Origin: Balanoglossus misakiensis
Taxonomy: Eukaryota > Animalia > Hemichordata
Direction of reading: 5' to 3'
Length of the DNA: 64,000 nucleotides
Assembly (NCBI GenBank): GCA_040954595.2
Contig: CM082587.2
Location: forward strand, 11,897,262 to 11,961,261
Shown in pieces: positions 52,201 to 64,000 of the stretch; position 1 is the first letter of the stretch, and each line of letters opens with the position of its first letter. The position numbers were made by a program, and so were the translations under genes. Under the pieces are notes generated by a model, which was given only the letters and a program-made list of their open reading frames with translations, did not search any database and had not been told where the DNA came from.

Positions 52201-55200
52201 TGAGTGTAATTGCAAATTTGCCTATTCTAGATCTGTAATGGAAATGGAGAAAGTACCTTATATTTTCTGTAAAATAGACATTTAATTGGCAAGCCGTCCT
52301 GCATCAATTATGAATTGTGTACATGCACTAAAGCGCCCTCACTGCTGGGTGTGTTGTATGGTCTTTAACCCTGTTTCAAATTAGAGTACTTTCTGCAATT
52401 TCAAGACAGATCTTACGTGCCATTGGAGAGCTCCATTGACTGGTCATTCATACTGTTTTCATTCATTCATTGCGGCATCAATATATTTTATCTATTCTAG
52501 CCAAAGAGCTTGGCACCTGTTGAAATGAACTCATCTGCTGTGGGCCAGTTTATTGGTGGCAGTTGAGCTGAGGAGAGCACCTTCCTTCCCGGCACGCCAC
52601 CAAGTAAAGTTCCACGCCGCCCACCACAGATGCCAGCATTCATTCATGCGAGTGAGTGTAATTGCAAATTTGCCTATTCTAGATCTGTAATGGAAATGGA
52701 GAAAGTACCTTATATTTTCTGTAAAATAGACATTTAATTGGCAAGCCGTCCTGCATCAATTATGAATTGTGTACATGCACTAAAGCGCCCTCACTGCTGG
52801 GTGTGTTGTATGGTCTTTAACCCTGTTTCAAATTAGAGTACTTTCTGCAATTTCAAGACAGATCTTACGTGCCATTGGAGAGCTCCATTGACTGGTCATT
52901 CATACTGTTTTCATTCATTCATTGCGGCATCAATATATTTTATCTATTCTAGCCAAAGAGCTTGGCACCTGTTGAAATGAACTCATCTGCTGTGGGCCAG
53001 TTTATTGGTGGCAGTTGAGCTGAGGAGAGCACCTTCCTTCCCGGCACGCCACCAAGTAAAGTTCCACGCCGCCCACCACAGATGCCAGCATTCATTCATG
53101 CGAGTGAGTGTAATTGCAAATTTGCCTATTCTAGATCTGTAATGGAAATGGAGAAAGTACCTTATATTTTCTGTAAAATAGACATTTAATTGGCAAGCCG
53201 TCCTGCATCAATTATGAATTGTGTACATGCACTAAAGCGCCCTCACTGCTGGGTGTGTTGTATGGTCTTTAACCCTGTTTCAAATTAGAGTACTTTCTGC
53301 AATTTCAAGACAGATCTTACGTGCCATTGGAGAGCTCCATTGACTGGTCATTCATACTGTTTTCATTCATTCATTGCGGCATCAATATATTTTATCTATT
53401 CTAGCCAAAGAGCTTGGCACCTGTTGAAATGAACTCATCTGCTGTGGGCCAGTTTATTGGTGGCAGTTGAGCTGAGGAGAGCACCTTCCTTCCCGGCACG
53501 CCACCAAGTAAAGTTCCACGCCGCCCACCACAGATGCCAGCATTCATTCATGCGAGTGAGTGTAATTGCAAATTTGCCTATTCTAGATCTGTAATGGAAA
53601 TGGAGAAAGTACCTTATATTTTCTGTAAAATAGACATTTAATTGGCAAGCCGTCCTGCATCAATTATGAATTGTGTACATGCACTAAAGCGCCCTCACTG
53701 CTGGGTGTGTTGTATGGTCTTTAACCCTGTTTCAAATTAGAGTACTTTCTGCAATTTCAAGACAGATCTTACGTGCCATTGGAGAGCTCCATTGACTGGT
53801 CATTCATACTGTTTTCATTCATTCATTGTGGCATCAATATATTTTATCTATTCTAGCCAAAGAGCTTGGCACCTGTTGAAATGAACTCATCTGCTGTGGG
53901 CCAGTTTATTGGTGGCAGTTGAGCTGAGGAGAGCACCTTCCTTCCCGGCACGCCACCAAGTAAAGTTCCACGCCGCCCACCACAGATGCCAGCATTCATT
54001 CATGCGAGTGAGTGTAATTGCAAATTTGCCTATTCTAGAATTACGTGCCATTGGAGAGCTCCATTGACTGGTCATTCATACTGTTTTCATTCATTCATTG
54101 CGGCATCAATATATTTTATCTATTCTAGCCAAAGAGCTTGGCACCTGTTGAAATGAACTCATCTGCTGTGGGCCAGTTTATTGGTGGCAGTTGAGCTGAG
54201 GAGAGCACCTTCCTTCCCGGCACGCCACCAAGTAAAGTTCCACGCCGCCCACCACAGATGCCAGCATTCATTCATGCGAGTGAGTGTAATTGCAAATTTG
54301 CCTATTCTAGATCTGTAATGGAAATGGAGAAAGTACCTTATATTTTCTGTAAAATAGACATTTAATTGGCAAGCCGTCCTGCATCAATTATTAATTGTGT
54401 ACATGCACTAAAGCGCCCTCACTGCTGGGTGTGTTGTATGGTCTTTAACCCTGTTTCAAATTAGAGTACTTTCTGCAATTTCAAGACAGATCTTACGTGC
54501 CATTGGAGAGCTCCATTGACTGGTCATTCATACTGTTTTCATTCATTCATTGCGGCATCAATATATTTTATCTATTCTAGCCAAAGAGCTTGGCACCTGT
54601 TGAAATGAACTCATCTGCTGTGGGCCAGTTTATTGGTGGCAGTTGAGCTGAGAAGAGCACCTTCCTTCCCGGCACGCCACCAAGTAAAGTTCCACGCCGC
54701 CCACCACAGATGCCAGCATTCATTCATGCGAGTGAGTGTAATTGCAAATTTGCCTATTCTAGATCTGTAATGGAAATGGAGAAAGTACCTTATATTTTCT
54801 GTAAAATAGACATTTAATTGGCAAGCCGTCCTGCATCAATTATGAATTGTGTACATGCACTAAAGCGCCCTCACTGCTGGGTGTGTTGTATGGTCTTTAA
54901 CCCTGTTTCAAATTAGAGTACTTTCTGCAATTTCAAGACAGATCTTACGTGCCATTGGAGAGCTCCATTGACTGGTCATTCATACTGTTTTCATTCATTC
55001 ATTGCGGCATCAATATATTTTATCTATTCTAGCCAAAGAGCTTGGCACCTGTTGAAATGAACTCATCTGCTGTGGGCCAGTTTATTGGTGGCAGTTGAGC
55101 TGAGGAGAGCACCTTCCTTCCCGGCACGCCACCAAGTAAAGTTCCACGCCGCCCACCACAGATGCCAGCATTCATTCATGCGAGTGAGTGTAATTGCAAA

Positions 55201-58200
55201 TTTGCCTATTCTAGATCTGTAATGGAAATGGAGAAAGTACCTTATATTTTCTGTAAAATAGACATTTAATTGGCAAGCCGTCCTGCATCAATTATGAATT
55301 GTGTACATGCACTAAAGCGCCCTCACTGCTGGGTGTGTTGTATGGTCTTTAACCCTGTTTCAAATTAGAGTACTTTCTGCAATTTCAAGACAGATCTTAC
55401 GTGCCATTGGAGAGCTCCATTGACTGGTCATTCATACTGTTTTCATTCATTCATTGCGGCATCAATATATTTTATCTATTCTAGCCAAAGAGCTTGGCAC
55501 CTGTTGAAATGAACTCATCTGCTGTGGGCCAGTTTATTGGTGGCAGTTGAGCTGAGGAGAGCACCTTCCTTCCCGGCACGCCACCAAGTAAAGTTCCACG
55601 CCGCCCACCACAGATGCCAGCATTCATTCATGCGAGTGAGTGTAATTGCAAATTTGCCTATTCTAGATCTGTAATGGAAATGGAGAAAGTACCTTATATT
55701 TTCTGTAAAATAGACATTTAATTGGCAAGCCGTCCTGCATCAATTATGAATTGTGTACATGCACTAAAGCGCCCTCACTGCTGGGTGTGTTGTATGGTCT
55801 TTAACCCTGTTTCAAATTAGAGTACTTTCTGCAATTTCAAGACAGATCTTACGTGCCATTGGAGAGCTCCATTGACTGGTCATTCATACTGTTTTCATTC
55901 ATTCATTGCGGCATCAATATATTTTATGTATTCTAGCCAAAGAGCTTGGCACCTGTTGAAATGAACTCATCTGCTGTGGGCCAGTTTATTGGTGGCAGTT
56001 GAGCTGAGGAGAGCACCTTCCTTCCCGGCACGCCACCAAGTAAAGTTCCACGCCGCCCACCACAGATGCCAGCATTCATTCATGCGAGTGAGTGTAATTG
56101 CAAATTTGCCTATTCTAGATCTGTAATGGAAATGGAGAAAGTACCTTATATTTTCTGTAAAATAGACATTTAATTGGCAAGCCGTCCTGCATCAATTATT
56201 AATTGTGTACATGCACTAAAGCGCCCTCACTGCTGGGTGTGTTGTATGGTCTTTAACCCTGTTTCAAATTAGAGTACTTTCTGCAATTTCAAGACAGATC
56301 TTACGTGCCATTGGAGAGCTCCATTGACTGGTCATTCATACTGTTTTCATTCATTCATTGCGGCATCAATATATTTTATCTATTCTAGCCAAAGAGCTTG
56401 GCACCTGTTGAAATGAACTCATCTGCTGTGGGCCAGTTTATTGGTGGCAGTTGAGCTGAGGAGAGCACCTTCCTTCCCGGCACGCCACCAAGTAAAGTTC
56501 CACGCCGCCCACCACAGATGCCAGCATTCATTCATGCGAGTGAGTGTAATTGCAAATTTGCCTATTCTAGAATTACGTGCCATTGGAGAGCTCCATTGAC
56601 TGGTCATTCATACTGTTTTCATTCATTCATTGCGGCATCAATATATTTTATCTATTCTAGCCAAAGAGCTTGGCACCTGTTGAAATGAACTCATCTGCTG
56701 TGGGCCAGTTTATTGGTGGCAGTTGAGCTGAGGAGAGCACCTTCCTTCCCGGCACGCCACCAAGTAAAGTTCCACGCCGCCCACCACAGATGCCAGCATT
56801 CATTCATGCGAGTGAGTGTAATTGCAAATTTGCCTATTCTAGATCTGTAATGGAAATGGAGAAAGTACCTTATATTTTCTGTAAAATAGACATTTAATTG
56901 GCAAGCCGTCCTGCATCAATTATGAATTGTGTACATGCACTAAAGCGCCCTCACTGCTGGGTGTGTTGTATGGTCTTTAACCCTGTTTCAAATTAGAGTA
57001 CTTTCTGCAATTTCAAGACAGATCTTACGTGCCATTGGAGAGCTCCATTGACTGGTCATTCATACTGTTTTCATTCATTCATTGCGGCATCAATATATTT
57101 TATCTATTCTAGCCAAAGAGCTTGGCACCTGTTGAAATGAACTCATCTGCTGTGGGCCAGTTTATTGGTGGCAGTTGAGCTGAGGAGAGCACCTTCCTTC
57201 CCGGCACGCCACCAAGTAAAGTTCCACGCCGCCCACCACAGATGCCAGCATTCATTCATGCGAGTGAGTGTAATTGCAAATTTGCCTATTCTAGATTCTT
57301 ACGTGCCATTGGAGAGCTCCATTGACTGGTCATTCATACTGTTTTCATTCATTCATTGCGGCATCAATATATTTTATCTATTCTAGCCAAAGAGCTTGGC
57401 ACCTGTTGAAATGAACTCATCTGCTGTGGGCCAGTTTATTGGTGGCAGTTGAGCTGAGGAGAGCACCTTCCTTCCCGGCACGCCACCAAGTAAAGTTCCA
57501 CGCCGCCCACCACAGATGCCAGCATTCATTCATGCGAGTGAGTGTAATTGCAAATTTGCCTATTCTAGATCTGTAATGGAAATGGAGAAAGTACCTTATA
57601 TTTTCTGTAAAATAGACATTTAATTGGCAAGCCGTCCTGCATCAATTATGAATTGTGTACATGCACTAAAGCGCCCTCACTGCTGGGTGTGTTGTATGGT
57701 CTTTAACCCTGTTTCAAATTAGAGTACTTTCTGCAATTTCAAGACAGATCTTACGTGCCATTGGAGAGCTCCATTGACTGGTCATTCATACTGTTTTCAT
57801 TCATTCATTGCGGCATCAATATATTTTATCTATTCTAGCCAAAGAGCTTGGCACCTGTTGAAATGAACTCATCTGCTGTGGGCCAGTTTATTGGTGGCAG
57901 TTGAGCTGAGAAGAGCACCTTCCTTCCCGGCACGCCACCAAGTAAAGTTCCACGCCGCCCACCACAGATGCCAGCATTCATTCATGCGAGTGAGTGTAAT
58001 TGCAAATTTGCCTATTCTAGATCTGTAATGGAAATGGAGAAAGTACCTTATATTTTCTGTAAAATAGACATTTAATTGGCAAGCCGTCCTGCATCAATTA
58101 TGAATTGTGTACATGCACTAAAGCGCCCTCACTGCTGGGTGTGTTGTATGGTCTTTAACCCTGTTTCAAATTAGAGTACTTTCTGCAATTTCAAGACAGA

Positions 58201-61200
58201 TCTTACGTGCCATTGGAGAGCTCCATTGACTGGTCATTCATACTGTTTTCATTCATTCATTGCGGCATCAATATATTTTATCTATTCTAGCCAAAGAGCT
58301 TGGCACCTGTTGAAATGAACTCATCTGCTGTGGGCCAGTTTATTGGTGGCAGTTGAGCTGAGGAGAGCACCTTCCTTCCCGGCACGCCACCAAGTAAAGT
58401 TCCACGCCGCCCACCACAGATGCCAGCATTCATTCATGCGAGTGAGTGTAATTGCAAATTTGCCTATTCTAGATCTGTAATGGAAATGGAGAAAGTACCT
58501 TATATTTTCTGTAAAATAGACATTTAATTGGCAAGCCGTCCTGCATCAATTATGAATTGTGTACATGCACTAAAGCGCCCTCACTGCTGGGTGTGTTGTA
58601 TGGTCTTTAACCCTGTTTCAAATTAGAGTACTTTCTGCAATTTCAAGACAGATCTTACGTGCCATTGGAGAGCTCCATTGACTGGTCATTCATACTGTTT
58701 TCATTCATTCATTGCGGCATCAATATATTTTATCTATTCTAGCCAAAGAGCTTGGCACCTGTTGAAATGAACTCATCTGCTGTGGGCCAGTTTATTGGTG
58801 GCAGTTGAGCTGAGGAGAGCACCTTCCTTCCCGGCACGCCACCAAGTAAAGTTCCACGCCGCCCACCACAGATGCCAGCATTCATTCATGCGAGTGAGTG
58901 TAATTGCAAATTTGCCTATTCTAGATCTGTAATGGAAATGGAGAAAGTACCTTATATTTTCTGTAAAATAGACATTTAATTGGCAAGCCGTCCTGCATCA
59001 ATTATGAATTGTGTACATGCACTAAAGCGCCCTCACTGCTGGGTGTGTTGTATGGTCTTTAACCCTGTTTCAAATTAGAGTACTTTCTGCAATTTCAAGA
59101 CAGATCTTACGTGCCATTGGAGAGCTCCATTGACTGGTCATTCATACTGTTTTCATTCATTCATTGCGGCATCAATATATTTTATCTATTCTAGCCAAAG
59201 AGCTTGGCACCTGTTGAAATGAACTCATCTGCTCTGGGCCAGTTTATTGGTGGCAGTTGAGCTGAGGAGAGCACCTTCCTTCCCGGCACGCCACCAAGTA
59301 AAGTTCCACGCCGCCCACCACAGATGCCAGCATTCATTCATGCGAGTGAGTGTAATTGCAAATTTGCCTATTCTAGATCTGTAATGGAAATGGAGAAAGT
59401 ACCTTATATTTTCTGTAAAATAGACATTTAATTGGCAAGCCGTCCTGCATCAATTATGAATTGTGTACATGCACTAAAGCGCCCTCACTGCTGGGTGTGT
59501 TGTATGGTCTTTAACCCTGTTTCAAATTAGAGTACTTTCTGCAATTTCAAGACAGATCTTACGTGCCATTGGAGAGCTCCATTGACTGGTCATTCATACT
59601 GTTTTCATTCATTCATTGCGGCATCAATATATTTTATCTATTCTAGCCAAAGAGCTTGGCACCTGTTGAAATGAACTCATCTGCTGTGGGCCAGTTTATT
59701 GGTGGCAGTTGAGCTGAGAAGAGCACCTTCCTTCCCGGCACGCCACCAAGTAAAGTTCCACGCCGCCCACCACAGATGCCAGCATTCATTCATGCGAGTG
59801 AGTGTAATTGCAAATTTGCCTATTCTAGAATCTTACGTGCCATTGGAGAGCTCCATTGACTGGTCATTCATACTGTTTTCATTCATTCATTGCGGCATCA
59901 ATATATTTTATCTATTCTAGCCAAAGAGCTTGGCACCTGTTGAAATGAACTCATCTGCTGTGGGCCAGTTTATTGGTGGCAGTTGAGCTGAGGAGAGCAC
60001 CTTCCTTCCCGGGACGCCACCAAGTAAAGTTCCACGCCGCCCACCACAGATGCCAGCATTCATTCATGCGAGTGAGTGTAATTGCAAATTTGCCTATTCT
60101 AGATTCTTACGTGCCATTGGAGAGCTCCATTGACTGGTCATTCATACTGTTTTCATTCATTCATTGCGGCATCAATATATTTTATCTATTCTAGCCAAAG
60201 AGCTTGGCACCTGTTGAAATGAACTCATCTGCTGTGGGCCAGTTTATTGGTGGCAGTTGAGCTGAGGAGAGCACCTTCCTTCCCGGCACGCCACCAAGTA
60301 AAGTTCCACGCCGCCCACCACAGATGCCAGCATTCATTCATGCGAGTGAGTGTAATTGCAAATTTGCCTATTCTAGATCTGTAATGGAAATGGAGAAAGT
60401 ACCTTATATTTTCTGTAAAATAGACATTTAATTGGCAAGCCGTCCTGCATCAATTATTAATTGTGTACATGCACTAAAGCGCCCTCACTGCTGGGTGTGT
60501 TGTATGGTCTTTAACCCTGTTTCAAATTAGAGTACTTTCTGCAATTTCAAGACAGATCTTACGTGCCATTGGAGAGCTCCATTGACTGGTCATTCATACT
60601 GTTTTCATTCATTCATTGCGGCATCAATATATTTTATCTATTCTAGCCAAAGAGCTTGGCACCTGTTGAAATGAACTCATCTGCTGTGGGCCAGTTTATT
60701 GGTGGCAGTTGAGCTGAGGAGAGCACCTTCCTTCCCGGCACGCCACCAAGTAAAGTTCCACGCCGCCCACCACAGATGCCAGCATTCATTCATGCGAGTG
60801 AGTGTAATTGCAAATTTGCCTATTCTAGAATTACGTGCCATTGGAGAGCTCCATTGACTGGTCATTCATACTGTTTTCATTCATTCATTGCGGCATCAAT
60901 ATATTTTATCTATTCTAGCCAAAGAGCTTGGCACCTGTTGAAATGAACTCATCTGCTGTGGGCCAGTTTATTGGTGGCAGTTGAGCTGAGGAGAGCACCT
61001 TCCTTCCCGGCACGCCACCAAGTAAAGTTCCACGCCGCCCACCACAGATGCCAGCATTCATTCATGCGAGTGAGTGTAATTGCAAATTTGCCTATTCTAG
61101 ATCTGTAATGGAAATGGAGAAAGTACCTTATATTTTCTGTAAAATAGACATTTAATTGGCAAGCCGTCCTGCATCAATTATGAATTGTGTACATGCACTA

Positions 61201-64000
61201 AAGCGCCCTCACTGCTGGGTGTGTTGTATGGTCTTTAACCCTGTTTCAAATTAGAGTACTTTCTGCAATTTCAAGACAGATCTTACGTGCCATTGGAGAG
61301 CTCCATTGACTGGTCATTCATACTGTTTTCATTCATTCATTGCGGCATCAATATATTTTATCTATTCTAGCCAAAGAGCTTGGCACCTGTTGAAATGAAC
61401 TCATCTGCTGTGGGCCAGTTTATTGGTGGCAGTTGAGCTGAGGAGAGCACCTTCCTTCCCGGCACGCCACCAAGTAAAGTTCCACGCCGCCCACCACAGA
61501 TGCCAGCATTCATTCATGCGAGTGAGTGTAATTGCAAATTTGCCTATTCTAGATCTGTAATGGAAATGGAGAAAGTACCTTATATTTTCTGTAAAATAGA
61601 CATTTAATTGGCAAGCCGTCCTGCATCAATTATGAATTGTGTACATGCACTAAAGCGCCCTCACTGCTGGGTGTGTTGTATGGTCTTTAACCCTGTTTCA
61701 AATTAGAGTACTTTCTGCAATTTCAAGACAGATCTTACGTGCCATTGGAGAGCTCCATTGACTGGTCATTCATACTGTTTTCATTCATTCATTTCGGCAT
61801 CAATATATTTTATCTATTCTAGCCAAAGAGCTTGGCACCTGTTGAAATGAACTCATCTGCTGTGGGCCAGTTTATTGGTGGCAGTTGAGCTGAGAAGAGC
61901 ACCTTCCTTCCCGGCACGCCACCAAGTAAAGTTCCACGCCGCCCACCACAGATGCCAGCATTCATTCATGCGAGTGAGTGTAATTGCAAATTTGCCTATT
62001 CTAGAATCTTACGTGCCATTGGAGAGCTCCATTGACTGGTCATTCATACTGTTTTCATTCATTCATTGCGGCATCAATATATTTTATCTATTCTAGCCAA
62101 AGAGCTTGGCACCTGTTGAAATGAACTCATCTGCTGTGGGCCAGTTTATTGGTGGCAGTTGAGCTGAGGAGAGCACCTTCCTTCCCGGGACGCCACCAAG
62201 TAAAGTTCCACGCCGCCCACCACAGATGCCAGCATTCATTCATGCGAGTGAGTGTAATTGCAAATTTGCCTATTCTAGATTCTTACGTGCCATTGGAGAG
62301 CTCCATTGACTGGTCATTCATACTGTTTTCATTCATTCATTGCGGCATCAATATATTTTATCTATTCTAGCCAAAGAGCTTGGCACCTGTTGAAATGAAC
62401 TCATCTGCTGTGGGCCAGTTTATTGGTGGCAGTTGAGCTGAGGAGAGCACCTTCCTTCCCGGCACGCCACCAAGTAAAGTTCCACGCCGCCCACCACAGA
62501 TGCCAGCATTCATTCATGCGAGTGAGTGTAATTGCAAATTTGCCTATTCTAGATCTGTAATGGAAATGGAGAAAGTACCTTATATTTTCTGTAAAATAGA
62601 CATTTAATTGGCAAGCCGTCCTGCATCAATTATTAATTGTGTACATGCACTAAAGCGCCCTCACTGCTGGGTGTGTTGTATGGTCTTTAACCCTGTTTCA
62701 AATTAGAGTACTTTCTGCAATTTCAAGACAGATCTTACGTGCCATTGGAGAGCTCCATTGACTGGTCATTCATACTGTTTTCATTCATTCATTGCGGCAT
62801 CAATATATTTTATCTATTCTAGCCAAAGAGCTTGGCACCTGTTGAAATGAACTCATCTGCTGTGGGCCAGTTTATTGGTGGCAGTTGAGCTGAGGAGAGC
62901 ACCTTCCTTCCCGGCACGCCACCAAGTAAAGTTCCACGCCGCCCACCACAGATGCCAGCATTCATTCATGCGAGTGAGTGTAATTGCAAATTTGCCTATT
63001 CTAGAATTACGTGCCATTGGAGAGCTCCATTGACTGGTCATTCATACTGTTTTCATTCATTCATTGCGGCATCAATATATTTTATCTATTCTAGCCAAAG
63101 AGCTTGGCACCTGTTGAAATGAACTCATCTGCTGTGGGCCAGTTTATTGGTGGCAGTTGAGCTGAGGAGAGCACCTTCCTTCCCGGCACGCCACCAAGTA
63201 AAGTTCCACGCCGCCCACCACAGATGCCAGCATTCATTCATGCGAGTGAGTGTAATTGCAAATTTGCCTATTCTAGATCTGTAATGGAAATGGAGAAAGT
63301 ACCTTATATTTTCTGTAAAATAGACATTTAATTGGCAAGCCGTCCTGCATCAATTATGAATTGTGTACATGCACTAAAGCGCCCTCACTGCTGGGTGTGT
63401 TGTATGGTCTTTAACCCTGTTTCAAATTAGAGTACTTTCTGCAATTTCAAGACAGATCTTACGTGCCATTGGAGAGCTCCATTGACTGGTCATTCATACT
63501 GTTTTCATTCATTCATTGCGGCATCAATATATTTTATCTATTCTAGCCAAAGAGCTTGGCACCTGTTGAAATGAACTCATCTGCTGTGGGCCAGTTTATT
63601 GGTGGCAGTTGAGCTGAGGAGAGCACCTTCCTTCCCGGCACGCCACCAAGTAAAGTTCCACGCCGCCCACCACAGATGCCAGCATTCATTCATGCGAGTG
63701 AGTGTAATTGCAAATTTGCCTATTCTAGATCTGTAATGGAAATGGAGAAAGTACCTTATATTTTCTGTAAAATAGACATTTAATTGGCAAGCCGTCCTGC
63801 ATCAATTATGAATTGTGTACATGCACTAAAGCGCCCTCACTGCTGGGTGTGTTGTATGGTCTTTAACCCTGTTTCAAATTAGAGTACTTTCTGCAATTTC
63901 AAGACAGATCTTACGTGCCATTGGAGAGCTCCATTGACTGGTCATTCATACTGTTTTCATTCATTCATTGCGGCATCAATATATTTTATCTATTCTAGCC
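22254..64000. repeat. Tandem satellite array, right arm; same monomers and orientation, runs off the window
   Basis: Same 452/274/272/275-bp monomers with the same recurring SNP variants as the left arm. Confidence 0.98.

Noticed and set aside
485-63041. Repeated 73-aa (+) and 62/63-aa (-) ORFs
   Set aside because: By-products of short satellite monomers: the + ORFs start at TTG, there are no recognisable domains, and frame openness depends on scar length.
1-64000. CRISPR-like or cassette array
   Set aside because: There are no unique spacers, units are long and near-identical, no cas or integrase genes are present, and the context is eukaryotic.

Overview
Eukaryotic (probably metazoan, inferred from GT-AG introns and TATA/poly(A) signals) satellite array filling ~56 kb of the window, interrupted by one ~8.2 kb gene-bearing island (13954-22253). 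The array has a ~273-bp base monomer. About two thirds of monomers (~95 by length arithmetic) are 452 bp because they carry a 179-bp MITE-like insert with 28-bp imperfect terminal inverted repeats, always at the same AGATCT site. The other 46 monomers (272/274/274/275 bp) have four different small scars at that site. The island ends in the right ~150 bp of that MITE, so it looks like the left-truncated autonomous parent. It encodes (i) a Sola1-like DDD transposase split into two divergently oriented ORFs, (ii) a 4-exon winged-helix + SET-domain (SETD8/PR-Set7-like) protein missed by the ORF track, and (iii) a His-Cys box homing-endonuclease-like protein. It also holds a diverged copy of the satellite monomer that keeps a stem-loop with a compensatory change. 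Family calls come from motif recognition by eye, not from database searches.
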